From positions 10,568 through 74,567 of the forward strand of contig CABYVI010000002.1 of assembly GCA_902522415.1 (NCBI GenBank): a stretch of 64,000 nt of DNA, in the 5' to 3' direction. Both the position numbers and the translations under genes were made by a program. The notes under the pieces are model-generated. The model searched no databases. It was not told where the DNA came from and saw only the letters and a list, made by a program, of their open reading frames with translations. This stretch comes from an uncultured SAR116 cluster alpha proteobacterium (GTDB lineage: Bacteria; Pseudomonadota; Alphaproteobacteria; Puniceispirillales; GCA-002684695). Positions 11,773-22,148 of the stretch are shown here, piece by piece (position 1 is the stretch's first letter; the number at the start of each line of letters is the position of its first letter).

Positions 11773-12426
11773 CTAAATCCCTTTTAATTTGTTTAATATT
11801 TTTTTTGCAGCAGAAAATTCAGCAGTTTTCAAATTCTTACCGGTTCCTTTTGATTTAAAATTAAGAACTTCTACTTGTACAACAAAAATAGGTTTGTGGT
11901 CAGGCCCCCGTTTTTCAATTAGTTTATAAGCTGGTAAATCTATACCTTTTTCTAGAACGAATTCTTGAAGAGCTGATTTAGAATTTACTGGGTTCAATTT
12001 CTTATTAATTAAAAAAAATTTTTCAATGAATAGTTGGGCTTTTGAGTAACCTCCATCAATGAAAATTCCACCTATAATTGCTTCTAGGGAATCAGCAAGG
12101 ATTGAATCGTTTTTTTTGAAATTTTCATGATCTTTCCCATCTTGAACTAATATAAATTTATTCAATGTTATTTTTTTAGCAATTTTAGAAAGATAATATT
12201 CGTTAGTAAGAGATTCAAATTTCAAGTGGATTTTTGAAACGCTAAGATCTGACATCAAAATATTTAATTTTTGAGCTATAATCAAACCTAATACTCTATC
12301 TCCTAGAAACTCAAGTTTATCGTAGTTTTTTTTAATACCAGTGCTTTTATGGGTGAGAGCTTCTTTCAAGAGGTCTTTATTTTTAAAATTATAAGAAATT
12401 ATTTTTTCTAAATTATTAATAAACAA
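11773..12426 (-). CDS. rnc: Ribonuclease III
   Basis: 217 aa. RNase III signature KLEFLGDRVLG, second acidic motif LADSLEAIIGGIFID, C-terminal dsRBD. Confidence 0.9.
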   Translation of the reverse strand: MFINNLEKIISYNFKNKDLLKEALTHKSTGIKKNYDKLEFLGDRVLGLIIAQKLNILMSDLSVSKIHLKFESLTNEYYLSKIAKKITLNKFILVQDGKDHENFKKNDSILADSLEAIIGGIFIDGGYSKAQLFIEKFFLINKKLNPVNSKSALQEFVLEKGIDLPAYKLIEKRGPDHKPIFVVQVEVLNFKSKGTGKNLKTAEFSAAKKILNKLKGI

Positions 12427-12435
12427 AAAATTTCT

Positions 12436-13191
12436 CTAAGTAATTTTTTTGAAAATTCTATCATATCTGATATTAAACGGCCATCTCCAAAATTCCCAAA
12501 ATTTTGTATCTCCACTTATTGAGAAGAAAATAAAATTACCTTTACCAACAAAATTTTCAAAAGGGACAAACCAACCACCATTGGCTCTGCTGTCAAGAGA
12601 ATTATCTCTATTATCACCCATAACAAAGTAATTATTATCAGGCACCACGAACTCTTTTGTATTATCAAGGATCTGAAAATCATTTATATTTAGTACAGAG
12701 TAATTTTTACCATTTTCTAAAGTTTCTTTATATTTATCCATGTTTTGTTCAAATACTCTTTTATAAATATGTTTATAATTTCCTTCTTCAGTTTGATTAA
12801 CTAACTTTTTGTTAATATAAAGTTTACCTAATTTCATCTGAATAGTATCACCTGGAAGGCCAACAACTCTCTTAATATAATTAATACTAGTATTTGTTGG
12901 TAGTTTAAAAACGGCAACATCTCCCCTTTTTGGTGTATCAGAAAATAATCTATTCTGAGGCAATGGAATTATTCCAAAAGGAAAAGAATACCTAGAGTAT
13001 CCATAACTAAATTTTGATACAAAAAGATAATCACCAATTAAAAGATTAGGCAGCATTGAACCAGATGGAATATTATAAGGTTCAAATAATAATGATCTAA
13101 AAATAATTGCTATAAAAACAGCATAAAAAATAGTTTTAAAAAATTCAAAAAATCCACCATCTTTTGCTTTCTTTATTTTTTTTTTATTCAT
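12436..13191 (-). CDS. lepB: Signal peptidase I
   Basis: 251 aa. Catalytic Ser box IPSGSMLPNL, Lys box YIKRVVGLPGD, GDNRDNSLDSR box. Confidence 0.9.
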   Translation of the reverse strand: MNKKKIKKAKDGGFFEFFKTIFYAVFIAIIFRSLLFEPYNIPSGSMLPNLLIGDYLFVSKFSYGYSRYSFPFGIIPLPQNRLFSDTPKRGDVAVFKLPTNTSINYIKRVVGLPGDTIQMKLGKLYINKKLVNQTEEGNYKHIYKRVFEQNMDKYKETLENGKNYSVLNINDFQILDNTKEFVVPDNNYFVMGDNRDNSLDSRANGGWFVPFENFVGKGNFIFFSISGDTKFWEFWRWPFNIRYDRIFKKIT

Positions 13192-13591
13192 GCTTAATAC
13201 TTTCTATAATGACAAATGAGGAACAATAGTTTTTTTCGTCACTTAAACTTACGTGAATTTTATAATTACAACTCTTTGGAACTAATTCCAAACATAATTT
13301 TTTGGCTGTATTAAAAATTTTAATATCTGGTTGCCCTCCATCTAAGTTTAAGATTTCTACATCTTGAAAGCTTGGAATTTTGGATTTTTTATTATGATTT
13401 AAAGCCTTATAAAAGGCTTCTTTAGCTGCAAATCTATTTGCGAGTCTCTGAATAAATTTATTGTTATTTTCAGAGAAAAATTCTAATTCATTTTTAGTAT
13501 ATATTTTATTTAAAAACTTATTACCAAATTTTTCATATATTATTCTAATTCTATTGATATCGACCAAATCATTTCCAATTCCTAAAATCAT
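13184..13591 (-). CDS. acpS: Holo-[acyl-carrier-protein] synthase
   Basis: 135 aa. N-terminal ILGIGNDLVDINRI and FAAKEAFYKAL motifs. 8 nt overlap with lepB. Confidence 0.85.
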   Translation of the reverse strand: MILGIGNDLVDINRIRIIYEKFGNKFLNKIYTKNELEFFSENNNKFIQRLANRFAAKEAFYKALNHNKKSKIPSFQDVEILNLDGGQPDIKIFNTAKKLCLELVPKSCNYKIHVSLSDEKNYCSSFVIIESIKHE

Positions 13592-14379
13592 TAAAAACTG
13601 TTTACTCTAGCATCATTAATTATTTTCCTCATTTTTTTTATGGCTATTTCGATACCTGAAAATATAGCTTCTCCAATTATAAAATGACCAATATTTAGCT
13701 CTGTAATTTCAATTATTTTAGCAATTTCAACAACATTATGGTAATTTAATCCATGACCTGCATGCACATCTAGACCAACAGATTTTGCATATTTTGCACT
13801 AACTTTAATTTTTTCTAACTCAGCCTGAATTTCATTATTATCTATAGCATCACAATATTTACCAGTATGTATTTCAATTGCATCAACACCTAGCTCAGAT
13901 GCAATTTTTATTTGATTAATATCTGGATCTAAAAATAATGAGCATAAAATACCAGCTTTTTTTAATTTTAAAATATTTTTAAAAATCGTTTTATTTTCAA
14001 TAAGGTTAAGTCCTCCTTCTGTTGTTAGTTCATTTCGTTTTTCAGGAACTATACAACAAGCATAAGGCAGATTTTCAACAGCAAAATTTACCATTTCATC
14101 TGTAGAGGCCATTTCAAAATTCAGTGGAATTTTTAATTCATTTAAAAGATTTTTTATATCAGTGTCTTTTACGTGTCTCCTATCTTCTCTCAAATGAGCT
14201 GTAATATTATCAACACTACAATATTCAGCTTGCTTTGCAATAATTACAGGATCTGGATGTTTCCCACCACGAGCATTTCTAACAGTTGCTACGTGATCAA
14301 TATTTATTCCTAAACGAATTTTATCCAATAGTTTTACCCTTTCTAATTTTACGTTTATACTGCCAATAATTAACAACAA
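13591..14379 (-). CDS. pdxJ: Pyridoxine 5'-phosphate synthase
   Basis: LGINIDHVATVRNARGG, HLREDRRH and the EIHTG segment. Track start is the longest ORF. A TTG at 14326-14328 (MLDKIRLGINIDH) overlaps the upstream gene's stop inside TTGGATAA and gives a more typical 246 aa protein. Confidence 0.9.
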   Translation of the reverse strand: MLLIIGSINVKLERVKLLDKIRLGINIDHVATVRNARGGKHPDPVIIAKQAEYCSVDNITAHLREDRRHVKDTDIKNLLNELKIPLNFEMASTDEMVNFAVENLPYACCIVPEKRNELTTEGGLNLIENKTIFKNILKLKKAGILCSLFLDPDINQIKIASELGVDAIEIHTGKYCDAIDNNEIQAELEKIKVSAKYAKSVGLDVHAGHGLNYHNVVEIAKIIEITELNIGHFIIGEAIFSGIEIAIKKMRKIINDARVNSF

Positions 14380-14797
14380 ATTTTGTTGGTAAATAACAAA
14401 TAAATACTACAACAGGAAATAATATTATACTTCCAATTAACATTTCCGAAAAGTATTCTGCAAGGTTTTCAACAATTGTTTCATTCCCTAAAACAAAAGT
14501 ATGATCAAATTTATCTGAAATTAATTGTGAACCAGCATACCAACTAAAAACCCAAAAAATTGGAAATATAAAGGGCAACCCTGTTAAAAGAGTTCCTATT
14601 ACAGATGCTAGAACATTAGCTCTAAAAATAAATGCTAAGCTCATAGCGATTAATAAATTAATACCAAAAAAAGGATTAAAGTTTGTCCAAACACCAAAAG
14701 AAAATCCTAAGGCTATTTCATGTGGAGATGCTTTCAAATGTTTTAATCTTTTAATTTGAAAATTTAAATATCTTAATATATTTATAAAGAATTTCAT
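14321..14797 (-). CDS. DUF2062-family inner membrane protein
   Basis: 158 aa. SPHEIALGFSFGVWTNFNPFFGINLLIAMSLAFIFRANVLAS followed by further TM helices, the pattern I associate with DUF2062. Confidence 0.55.
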   Translation of the reverse strand: MKFFINILRYLNFQIKRLKHLKASPHEIALGFSFGVWTNFNPFFGINLLIAMSLAFIFRANVLASVIGTLLTGLPFIFPIFWVFSWYAGSQLISDKFDHTFVLGNETIVENLAEYFSEMLIGSIILFPVVVFICYLPTKFVVNYWQYKRKIRKGKTIG

Positions 14798-14806
14798 TTA
14801 TAAAAA

Positions 14807-16954
14807 TTAACCACGATATCTATCAACAGTTTCAACATACATGTTTGATCGCAATTCTACTATTATATTTGTTATGTGACTTAAATCTTTTACTTCAACA
14901 TCAACTAAAAACCTGAAGAAATCTACCTCTCTATTTACTAATTGTAAATTACTTATGTTTCCTCCATATTTATAGATGTGATTTGTTACTGAAGCTAGAC
15001 TACCAGGTTCATTAGTCATTACTATATTTATTCTTCCTATATGGAATGTTGATCCGTCTTTATCCCAGTGAATATCTAACCATCTTTCTGGTATATCATA
15101 AAATTTTTCAAGTGTGTTACAATCAATAGTGTGAACAGTTATTCCTTTTCCTGTAGTAACGATACCAACAATATTTTCGCCTGGCAGAGGAGTACAACAT
15201 TTAGCAAAATGGACTGCCATTCCAGGAATCAAACCATTAATTTGGAGAGTATTTTCATTCACATTTGGTTTAAAATTTTTATTTTTTTGCAATAAGGAAT
15301 TATTGTTTTTAAGCTTATAGTTAATTTCAGGGAATAAAAAATTAATTATTCTTGATGGATCAATTGAGCCATTTCCTATATTAGCAAAAATATCATCTGA
15401 TTTTAATAATTTCTCACTATCAAATTGATTTAGTTTTTTTGTAATTTTTTTAAGATCAAATTTTTTATTTACTTGGCGAAAATATTTTTGAAGTATTGCT
15501 TGGCCAACATTTGAAAATTCATCTTGTATTTTCTGCCTAATAAATTTTTTTATACCTGCTCGTGCTCTTCCAGTTTTAACAAAATTTTCCCATTCCGGTT
15601 TAGGCGTTGAATTTTTTGATCTTAATATATCAACTTGATCTCCATTTTGTAATATTGATTTTAATTGCCTTGGCTTACCATTTATTTTTACTCCAACGCA
15701 TGTATAGCCAACATCTGAATGAACTGCATAAGCAAAATCGATTGGTGTAGCACCTCTTGGTAAAGCAATTAAATCACCTTTAGGGGTAAAACAAAATACT
15801 TGATCAGCGTACATTTCAAGTTTCGTATTTTCTAAAAAATCTTCCGGGCCATGATCTTGATCTAAAATAGAAACTAAATCCTGTACCCAACTATTATTTA
15901 TCTTTTGTATCTTTTCAATATTTTGTTTATAAATCCAATGAGCGGCAATTCCAGTTTCAGCTATTTTATGCATTTCAAAAGTTTTAATTTGAATTTCGAT
16001 TTTTTGTTTAAAGGGACCTATTACATCAGTATGAAGGGATTGATAACCATTTCTTTTTTTTGTACTAATATAGTCTTTAAATCGTCCCATAACGTTTGGA
16101 TATTTTGAGTGTATTAAACCTAATGATGAATAACAATTTTGGATGTTTTCTACTAAGATCCTAAATGCCATTATATCAGAAAGTTGATCCATTGGGACAT
16201 TTCTTCTCTGCATTTTTTGCCAAATTGAAAAAGCTGTTTTTAATCTGCCTGAGATTTCAATAACATTAATGCCACCTTTTATTAAGGTTTCACGAATTTC
16301 TTCAATAATTTGAGGTATTAATTTTTTTGACTCATTTTCAAGAAAACTCAACCTGTTAATTATAGATGTTCTCATTTGAGGTTGAACAACTGCAAAAGCA
16401 AGATCTTCCATTTCATTCTTGAGAGAAATAAGACCAACTCTTTCAGATAAGGGAGCAAATATTTCTAAAGTTTCTTGAGCAATTCTTTGTCTTTTTTCAG
16501 TAATTTTTATCCCGCCTATAGTTCGCATATTATGAGTTCTATCTGCTAATTTTACTAGCAATACTCTAATATCATTACTTGTTGCCAAAAATAGTTTTCT
16601 AAAATTTTCAGCTTGTTTTGACCTATCAGATTGAAGCTCAAGCTTTGATAATTTAGTAACACCATTAACTAATTTTGCTACTTCAGTTCCAAATTCAGTT
16701 TCTAAGATATCAATCGTAATATTACAATCTTCAACAACATCGTGAAGCAACCCTGTAATTATGGTATTTGCATCTAAGTTTAATTCAAACAGAATATTAG
16801 CAACTGCAATTGGGTGAGTAAAATAATTTTCCCCTGAAGTTCTTTTTTGACCTTGGTGTGCTTTTTCTGCAAAATCCCAAGCTTTTTTGATAATTTTAAA
16901 ATTATTTGAATTATAAGATTCTTTGAAGTTATTAATTAATTTATTCTCATCCAT
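14807..16954 (-). CDS. spoT: Bifunctional (p)ppGpp synthetase/hydrolase (RelA/SpoT homologue)
   Basis: 715 aa. HD hydrolase domain (HPIAVANILFEL, LHDVVED), synthetase domain (YQSLHTDV), TGS and C-terminal ACT-like domains. Confidence 0.9.
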   Translation of the reverse strand: MDENKLINNFKESYNSNNFKIIKKAWDFAEKAHQGQKRTSGENYFTHPIAVANILFELNLDANTIITGLLHDVVEDCNITIDILETEFGTEVAKLVNGVTKLSKLELQSDRSKQAENFRKLFLATSNDIRVLLVKLADRTHNMRTIGGIKITEKRQRIAQETLEIFAPLSERVGLISLKNEMEDLAFAVVQPQMRTSIINRLSFLENESKKLIPQIIEEIRETLIKGGINVIEISGRLKTAFSIWQKMQRRNVPMDQLSDIMAFRILVENIQNCYSSLGLIHSKYPNVMGRFKDYISTKKRNGYQSLHTDVIGPFKQKIEIQIKTFEMHKIAETGIAAHWIYKQNIEKIQKINNSWVQDLVSILDQDHGPEDFLENTKLEMYADQVFCFTPKGDLIALPRGATPIDFAYAVHSDVGYTCVGVKINGKPRQLKSILQNGDQVDILRSKNSTPKPEWENFVKTGRARAGIKKFIRQKIQDEFSNVGQAILQKYFRQVNKKFDLKKITKKLNQFDSEKLLKSDDIFANIGNGSIDPSRIINFLFPEINYKLKNNNSLLQKNKNFKPNVNENTLQINGLIPGMAVHFAKCCTPLPGENIVGIVTTGKGITVHTIDCNTLEKFYDIPERWLDIHWDKDGSTFHIGRINIVMTNEPGSLASVTNHIYKYGGNISNLQLVNREVDFFRFLVDVEVKDLSHITNIIVELRSNMYVETVDRYRG

Positions 16955-16990
16955 ATATGTAATGATAACATATAAGAAATTATTTAAAAA

Positions 16991-17389
16991 TTATAAATCT
17001 TCAGATTTTATTAAACTTTCATCAACATCCTGAAAACCATTTTCTATTTTATGATTAACATCATTTGTATTTTTAAAATCTGTTAATTCGTCTTCGATTG
17101 AATATTGATTTTCTTTTATTTCATCAATGTCTTCATCATTTTCTTCTTCAGATATTTCTGTATTACTTAATTTTTGAAGGCTTTTAATAATTTCATCTCT
17201 TAAAAAATCAGGATCTATGGTTTCCTCAGCTATTTCTCTTAATGCAACAACAGGATTTTTATCATTATCTCTATCTATGGTTAAAGGATTTCCGGTTGAA
17301 ATATTTCTAGCTCTTTGGGCAGCACCCAAAACGAGATCAAATCTATTTGGTATTTTTTCTATACAATCTTCAACTGTAACTCTAGCCAT
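16991..17389 (-). CDS. rpoZ: DNA-directed RNA polymerase omega subunit
   Basis: [31 protein letters not shown], with the long acidic C-terminal extension common in alphaproteobacteria. Classic rpoZ-spoT adjacency. Confidence 0.9.
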   Translation of the reverse strand: MARVTVEDCIEKIPNRFDLVLGAAQRARNISTGNPLTIDRDNDKNPVVALREIAEETIDPDFLRDEIIKSLQKLSNTEISEEENDEDIDEIKENQYSIEDELTDFKNTNDVNHKIENGFQDVDESLIKSEDL

Positions 17390-17464
17390 AAATCACCTTA
17401 TTTTGGAGAATAATAATTACAAAATTACTAAAAATCAATATATATTTATTTTTTTTAAAATAAA

Positions 17465-17959
17465 TTAAATTTTTCTAATTTTTTGTTTTGGAGCATATTC
17501 TAGAATTAAATCATTTATTGATTTTTTAAAAATTGGGTGAACCCAATTTGGTTCAATTTCCCTCATTGGTAGAAGTACGAAATATCTTAGATGCATTCTC
17601 GGATGTGGTAAAACTGGCTGTCCTTTATTTATTAAACCTTCAAAATCGATTATATCTAAATCTAAAGTTCTAGCTTCATTTAATATGTTCCTTTTTCTAC
17701 CAAAGATATTTTCAATATCATGTAATAAATCAATTAATTTTTCAGGTGAATTTTTAGTTTGTATTTTTACTAAAGTATTAATAAACCAAGGTTGATCTGA
17801 AATAGGGACTGGTTCACTTTCATACCAATTAGATATTTTTTTTACATAAATATTATATTTAGGAAATAAATTTATAACTGTTTCCAAATTTTTTCTCAAA
17901 GAGATTTTATGATCAAATTTTAAATTTGCACCTAAAGAAATAAAAGCTGTATTAATCAT
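17465..17959 (-). CDS. folK: 2-amino-4-hydroxy-6-hydroxymethyldihydropteridine pyrophosphokinase (HPPK)
   Basis: 164 aa. SLGANL near the N-terminus, RTLDLDII and PHPRMHLRYFVLLPM motifs. Confidence 0.85.
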   Translation of the reverse strand: MINTAFISLGANLKFDHKISLRKNLETVINLFPKYNIYVKKISNWYESEPVPISDQPWFINTLVKIQTKNSPEKLIDLLHDIENIFGRKRNILNEARTLDLDIIDFEGLINKGQPVLPHPRMHLRYFVLLPMREIEPNWVHPIFKKSINDLILEYAPKQKIRKI

Positions 17960-17989
17960 TATATTAAATAAAGTTTAAAAAAATTAAAA

Positions 17990-18625
17990 ATGAATAAAAA
18001 ATATTATGAAGCTCCATTAAATTGTAAAAAATGTTTACGATTATATAATTACAGAAATACAATTATGGCTAGTAATCCATCTTGGCATAATAAACCAGTA
18101 AAATCTTTTGGGTCAATAAATTCTAAAATTTTAATCGTAGGATTAGCACCGGGAAAAAAAGGGGCGAACAGAACTGGAAGACCATTTACAGGTGATGGAG
18201 CTGGCGAAACATTATTCAAATCTTTAATTAAGCATAATTTAGCAATTGGTAATTATAATATTAATGCTGAAGATAATTTAACACTAATTGATTGTAGAAT
18301 AACAAATATTGTTAAATGTGTTCCACCTAAAAATCGTCCAACTGGAGAAGAGTTTAATAATTGTAAACAATTTCTGAAAAATGAAATAAAAGGAATGATT
18401 AATCTTAAAAAAATTTTGGCTTTAGGAAGGGATGCTTATAATAATATATTACAATATTATGAGTTACCTAAAAATAAAAATTTATTTAAACATGAGTCAA
18501 TTGTCAAACTTCCAGATAACAAAATTTTGGTTGGTTCATATCATTGCTCAAGATATAACACTAATACAAAAAGGCTCACTAATGAGATGTTTGATAATGT
18601 AATAAATTTTATAAAGAATTCTTAA
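17990..18625 (+). CDS. Uracil-DNA glycosylase superfamily protein (family 4/5 type)
   Basis: 211 aa. Motif GLAPGKKGANRTGRPFTGD and the C-terminal HCSRYNTNT segment are characteristic of family 4/5 UDGs. Confidence 0.8.
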   Translation: MNKKYYEAPLNCKKCLRLYNYRNTIMASNPSWHNKPVKSFGSINSKILIVGLAPGKKGANRTGRPFTGDGAGETLFKSLIKHNLAIGNYNINAEDNLTLIDCRITNIVKCVPPKNRPTGEEFNNCKQFLKNEIKGMINLKKILALGRDAYNNILQYYELPKNKNLFKHESIVKLPDNKILVGSYHCSRYNTNTKRLTNEMFDNVINFIKNS

Positions 18626-19095
18626 TTTTGATCTTTTAGGATTCTTAATTTCTGCCTATTCCATTCTCGTTGTTTAATGTTTTCTCTTTTATCTTGTTTT
18701 TGTTTTCCAATGGCAATACCTAAATCAATTTTAGCTAATCCTTTGTTATTAAAATAAAGAGATAAAGGAACTAGTGTAACACCATCTTTTTTAATTAAAC
18801 CAATTAGTTTATTTCTCTCCTTTTTTGTAACCAGAAGCTCTCTTTGTCTTAAAGGATCATGATTAAAATTATTTGCAGATTCATAAATTGGAATATTTGC
18901 ATTTATTAAACAGATTTTTCCTAGTGTCTCTGAAGCATATGATTCACTTATACTTGCTTTGCCTTGTCTCAGTGACTTAACCTCAGTACCTTTTAAAATA
19001 ATTCCAACTTGCAGTTTTTCTTTAATGTCATAATTAAATCTTGCTTTTCTATTATCGGCTATTCTGCCATGAGATATTAATTTTTTATTAGACAT
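18622..19095 (-). CDS. smpB: SsrA-binding protein
   Basis: 157 aa. NRKARFNYDI, GTEVKSLR and the basic C-terminal tail. Confidence 0.95.
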   Translation of the reverse strand: MSNKKLISHGRIADNRKARFNYDIKEKLQVGIILKGTEVKSLRQGKASISESYASETLGKICLINANIPIYESANNFNHDPLRQRELLVTKKERNKLIGLIKKDGVTLVPLSLYFNNKGLAKIDLGIAIGKQKQDKRENIKQREWNRQKLRILKDQN

Positions 19096-19115
19096 CTTTA
19101 AAAATTGAATTTTGT

Positions 19116-20027
19116 TTACAAAAGTTCACATTCTTTCAGTGCATTAATAACCTGATTTTTGCTAGAATCTTCAATTTCAACAATAGGCAATCGTGCCTCT
19201 GATTTGCACAAACCTAATTTTTCAGCAGCAAATTTTACTGGGCCAGGACTACTTTCACAAAACATAGCCTCGTGTAAATTGATCATTTGCAAATGAATTT
19301 CAAAAGATTTTTGGAGATTTTTGTTTTTCCAAGCATTATGCATTTGTGATAAAAATTTTGGAGCAATATTTGATGAAACCGATATACACCCATGTCCACC
19401 AGCTGCAAGGTAAGGTAAAGCTGTTGCATCTTCTCCAGATAATTGTGAAAACCCATCTCCAATTAGCCTTAATAATTTAGGCGGCCTTGATATATCTGCA
19501 GTAGCATCTTTTATTCCAGAAATTAATTCATGATTTTCACAAAGTTTCACTAGAGTACTATCATGAATAGGAATAATAGATCTACCTGGAATATCATAAA
19601 CAATGACAGGTACTTTTGCAGCATCAGCAACTGACATAAAATGAGAATAAAGTCCTGATTGTGTTGGTTTATTATAATATGGAGTAACTACTAAAACTGC
19701 ATCAGCACCTGCTTTACCAGCATGAGATGCTAGTGCACATGCCTCACTTGTTGAATTAGATCCTGCGCCTGCAATTACAGAAACTTTACCAGCACTTTCT
19801 TCAATGCAAACCTCAACTATTTTCTCATGCTCATAATGGCTTAAAGTAGGTGACTCACCAGTTGTTCCTACAGGTATCAAGCCAGCTGTACCATTATCAA
19901 TTTGATGTTTTACAATGTTTCTAAATGAATTTAAATCTAATTCGCCATTATCAAATGGAGTTATTAATGCAGTCATAGATCCAGTGAATTTTGGTTTTTC
20001 TTTCCTTAAAGAGCCTAGCAAGTTCAT
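19116..20027 (-). CDS. dapA: 4-hydroxy-tetrahydrodipicolinate synthase
   Basis: 303 aa. GSMTALITPF, GTTGESPTLS, YNKPTQ and the lysine-containing GIKDA segment. Confidence 0.9.
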   Translation of the reverse strand: MNLLGSLRKEKPKFTGSMTALITPFDNGELDLNSFRNIVKHQIDNGTAGLIPVGTTGESPTLSHYEHEKIVEVCIEESAGKVSVIAGAGSNSTSEACALASHAGKAGADAVLVVTPYYNKPTQSGLYSHFMSVADAAKVPVIVYDIPGRSIIPIHDSTLVKLCENHELISGIKDATADISRPPKLLRLIGDGFSQLSGEDATALPYLAAGGHGCISVSSNIAPKFLSQMHNAWKNKNLQKSFEIHLQMINLHEAMFCESSPGPVKFAAEKLGLCKSEARLPIVEIEDSSKNQVINALKECELL

Positions 20028-20100
20028 CTCCTATTTAAATGTTCAATGTATTATGTTAATAGGCTTAAAGACCATAGTTAACAATATTTAAATTTTTATA

Positions 20101-21063
20101 ATGATATCAATATATCAAATTAATAATGCATTCAAACGCATAAATAAATACATATATAAAACTCCAATTATTTATTCAGATAAACTAAATAAAATCACTG
20201 GATCAAACATATTAATCAAAGCTGAAAATCTCCAAAAAACAGGTTCATTTAAAATACGAGGTGCAATAAATTTAATTTCTCAAATTAGAGAAGAGAAAGT
20301 GGTTGCTCCATCAAGTGGCAACCATGCTCAAGCAGTTGCTGCAGCTTCTCAATTATTTAATAAAAATGCAACATTAGTAATGCCTTCAGATGCACCAAAA
20401 TCAAAGGTTTTAGGAGTTAAAAGTTATAATGGGAAAATCATTTTTTATGATAGAAACAATGAAAACAGAATAAAGATTGCTTCTGAAATTTCAAAAAGAG
20501 AGAACTCAGTTTTAATTCCTCCTTATGATCACGAAGAGATAATTAAAGGTCAGGGTACTTTGGGAGTTGAAATAATTGAACAATTGGAGGAGATGAAATT
20601 CAAACCTGACTTAATACTTTGCTGTTGCGGTGGAGGTGGATTAATTGCTGGTGTTGCAACAGCAATTAAATCTAAATGGAAAGATACAAATGTGCATCCT
20701 GTAGAACCAAAATTTTGGGATGATACAAAAATTTCACTTGAAAAGAATCGACGTTATTTAATAAAAAATAAGAAATATAGTATTTGTGATGCACTATTAG
20801 CAGAAACGCCAGGAAAACTAACATTTGATATAAATAAAAAAATTCTCTCCGAAGGTATTTCAGTAAGTGACAGAGAAGTTATGAAAGCAATCAAAATTGG
20901 ATATGAGTGGTTGAAAATGGTCATTGAACCAGGGGGCGCCGTTGCATTAGCGGCTTCAATTTCTAAAATTGAACTTGTTAAGAATAAAAATGTATTAGTA
21001 GTTCTTTCTGGAGGGAATATTGATACAGATATTTTTACTGAATCTCTAAATATGAATTTTTAA
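20101..21063 (+). CDS. PLP-dependent serine/threonine dehydratase family protein (no regulatory domain; serine racemase / hydroxyaspartate ammonia-lyase-like)
   Basis: 320 aa. PLP lysine motif SFKIRGA, SSGNHAQA, glycine loop CCGGGGLIAG. Second fold-type II dehydratase in the window. Confidence 0.75.
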   Translation: MISIYQINNAFKRINKYIYKTPIIYSDKLNKITGSNILIKAENLQKTGSFKIRGAINLISQIREEKVVAPSSGNHAQAVAAASQLFNKNATLVMPSDAPKSKVLGVKSYNGKIIFYDRNNENRIKIASEISKRENSVLIPPYDHEEIIKGQGTLGVEIIEQLEEMKFKPDLILCCCGGGGLIAGVATAIKSKWKDTNVHPVEPKFWDDTKISLEKNRRYLIKNKKYSICDALLAETPGKLTFDINKKILSEGISVSDREVMKAIKIGYEWLKMVIEPGGAVALAASISKIELVKNKNVLVVLSGGNIDTDIFTESLNMNF

Positions 21064-21081
21064 AATAAAAAATTACCTAGC

Positions 21082-22131
21082 TTAAGGTTTAAGATAGTTT
21101 TTAGCTATTTCATCTAAATTTTTAACTTTAATTTTTGAAGCCATGCCCTCAGCCCCAAATCTTTGCAGTCTGTCTAAGCAAACCTTTTTCATGGCATGCA
21201 TAGCAGGCCCTAGATATTTTCTAGGATCAAATTCCTCAGTTTTCTCTTTAAGAGTCTTTCGAATAGATCCAGTAATAGCAATTCTACAGTCAGTGTCTAT
21301 ATTAATTTTTCTGACCCCATTTTTTATACCCCTCTCAATTTCTTCTAAAGGAACACCCCAAGTTTGAGGCATGTTACCTCCATTTTCATTAATGACATTT
21401 TGGAGTTCCTGTGGAACAGATGACGATCCATGCATAACTAAATGAGTATTTGGGATTTTTTTATGTATTTCCTCAATAACATTCATAGCTAGAATTTCTC
21501 CGTCAGGTTTTCTAGAAAATTTATATGCTCCATGACTAGTTCCCATAGCAATTGCAAGGGCATCAACATTAGTTTTTTTTACAAAATCAACAGCCTGATC
21601 TGGGTCTGTTAGTAATTGATTTTTTTCTAACTTGCCTTCTGCTCCATGACCATCTTCAGCTTCACCAGTTCCAGTCTCTAAAGAACCTAATACTCCTAAT
21701 TCGCCTTCGACTGAGACTCCAAATAAATGAGCCATATCAGAAACTTTTTTTGTAACATTTACATTATAGTCATAATCTGATGGTGTCTTTCCATCATCTA
21801 AAAGCGAGCCATCCATCATGACAGAACTAAATCCATATTTTATTGCAGACATACATGTTGCAGGGCTATTTCCGTGGTCTTGGTGCATACACACTGGAAT
21901 ATTAGGATAGAGTTCTATAAATCCTTCTATTAATTTTGATAGAATTTTATCATTGGCATAAGCTCTTGCCCCTCTACTAGCTTGAATAATTACTGGAGCA
22001 TTAAGTTCACTTGCTGCATCCATAATTGCAAGACCTTGCTCCATATTATTTATATTAAATGCTGGAAGACCATATTGATATTCAGCTGCATGATCTAAAA
22101 GTTGTTTTAAACTAATCAGTGCCATAGTCAC
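21082..22131 (-). CDS. fba: Fructose-bisphosphate aldolase, class II (Calvin-cycle CbbA-like subtype)
   Basis: 349 aa. [24 protein letters not shown]; length and C-terminus fit the class IIB cbbA-type. Confidence 0.9.
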   Translation of the reverse strand: MTMALISLKQLLDHAAEYQYGLPAFNINNMEQGLAIMDAASELNAPVIIQASRGARAYANDKILSKLIEGFIELYPNIPVCMHQDHGNSPATCMSAIKYGFSSVMMDGSLLDDGKTPSDYDYNVNVTKKVSDMAHLFGVSVEGELGVLGSLETGTGEAEDGHGAEGKLEKNQLLTDPDQAVDFVKKTNVDALAIAMGTSHGAYKFSRKPDGEILAMNVIEEIHKKIPNTHLVMHGSSSVPQELQNVINENGGNMPQTWGVPLEEIERGIKNGVRKINIDTDCRIAITGSIRKTLKEKTEEFDPRKYLGPAMHAMKKVCLDRLQRFGAEGMASKIKVKNLDEIAKNYLKP

Positions 22132-22148
22132 CTCTATATTGAGTTAAA

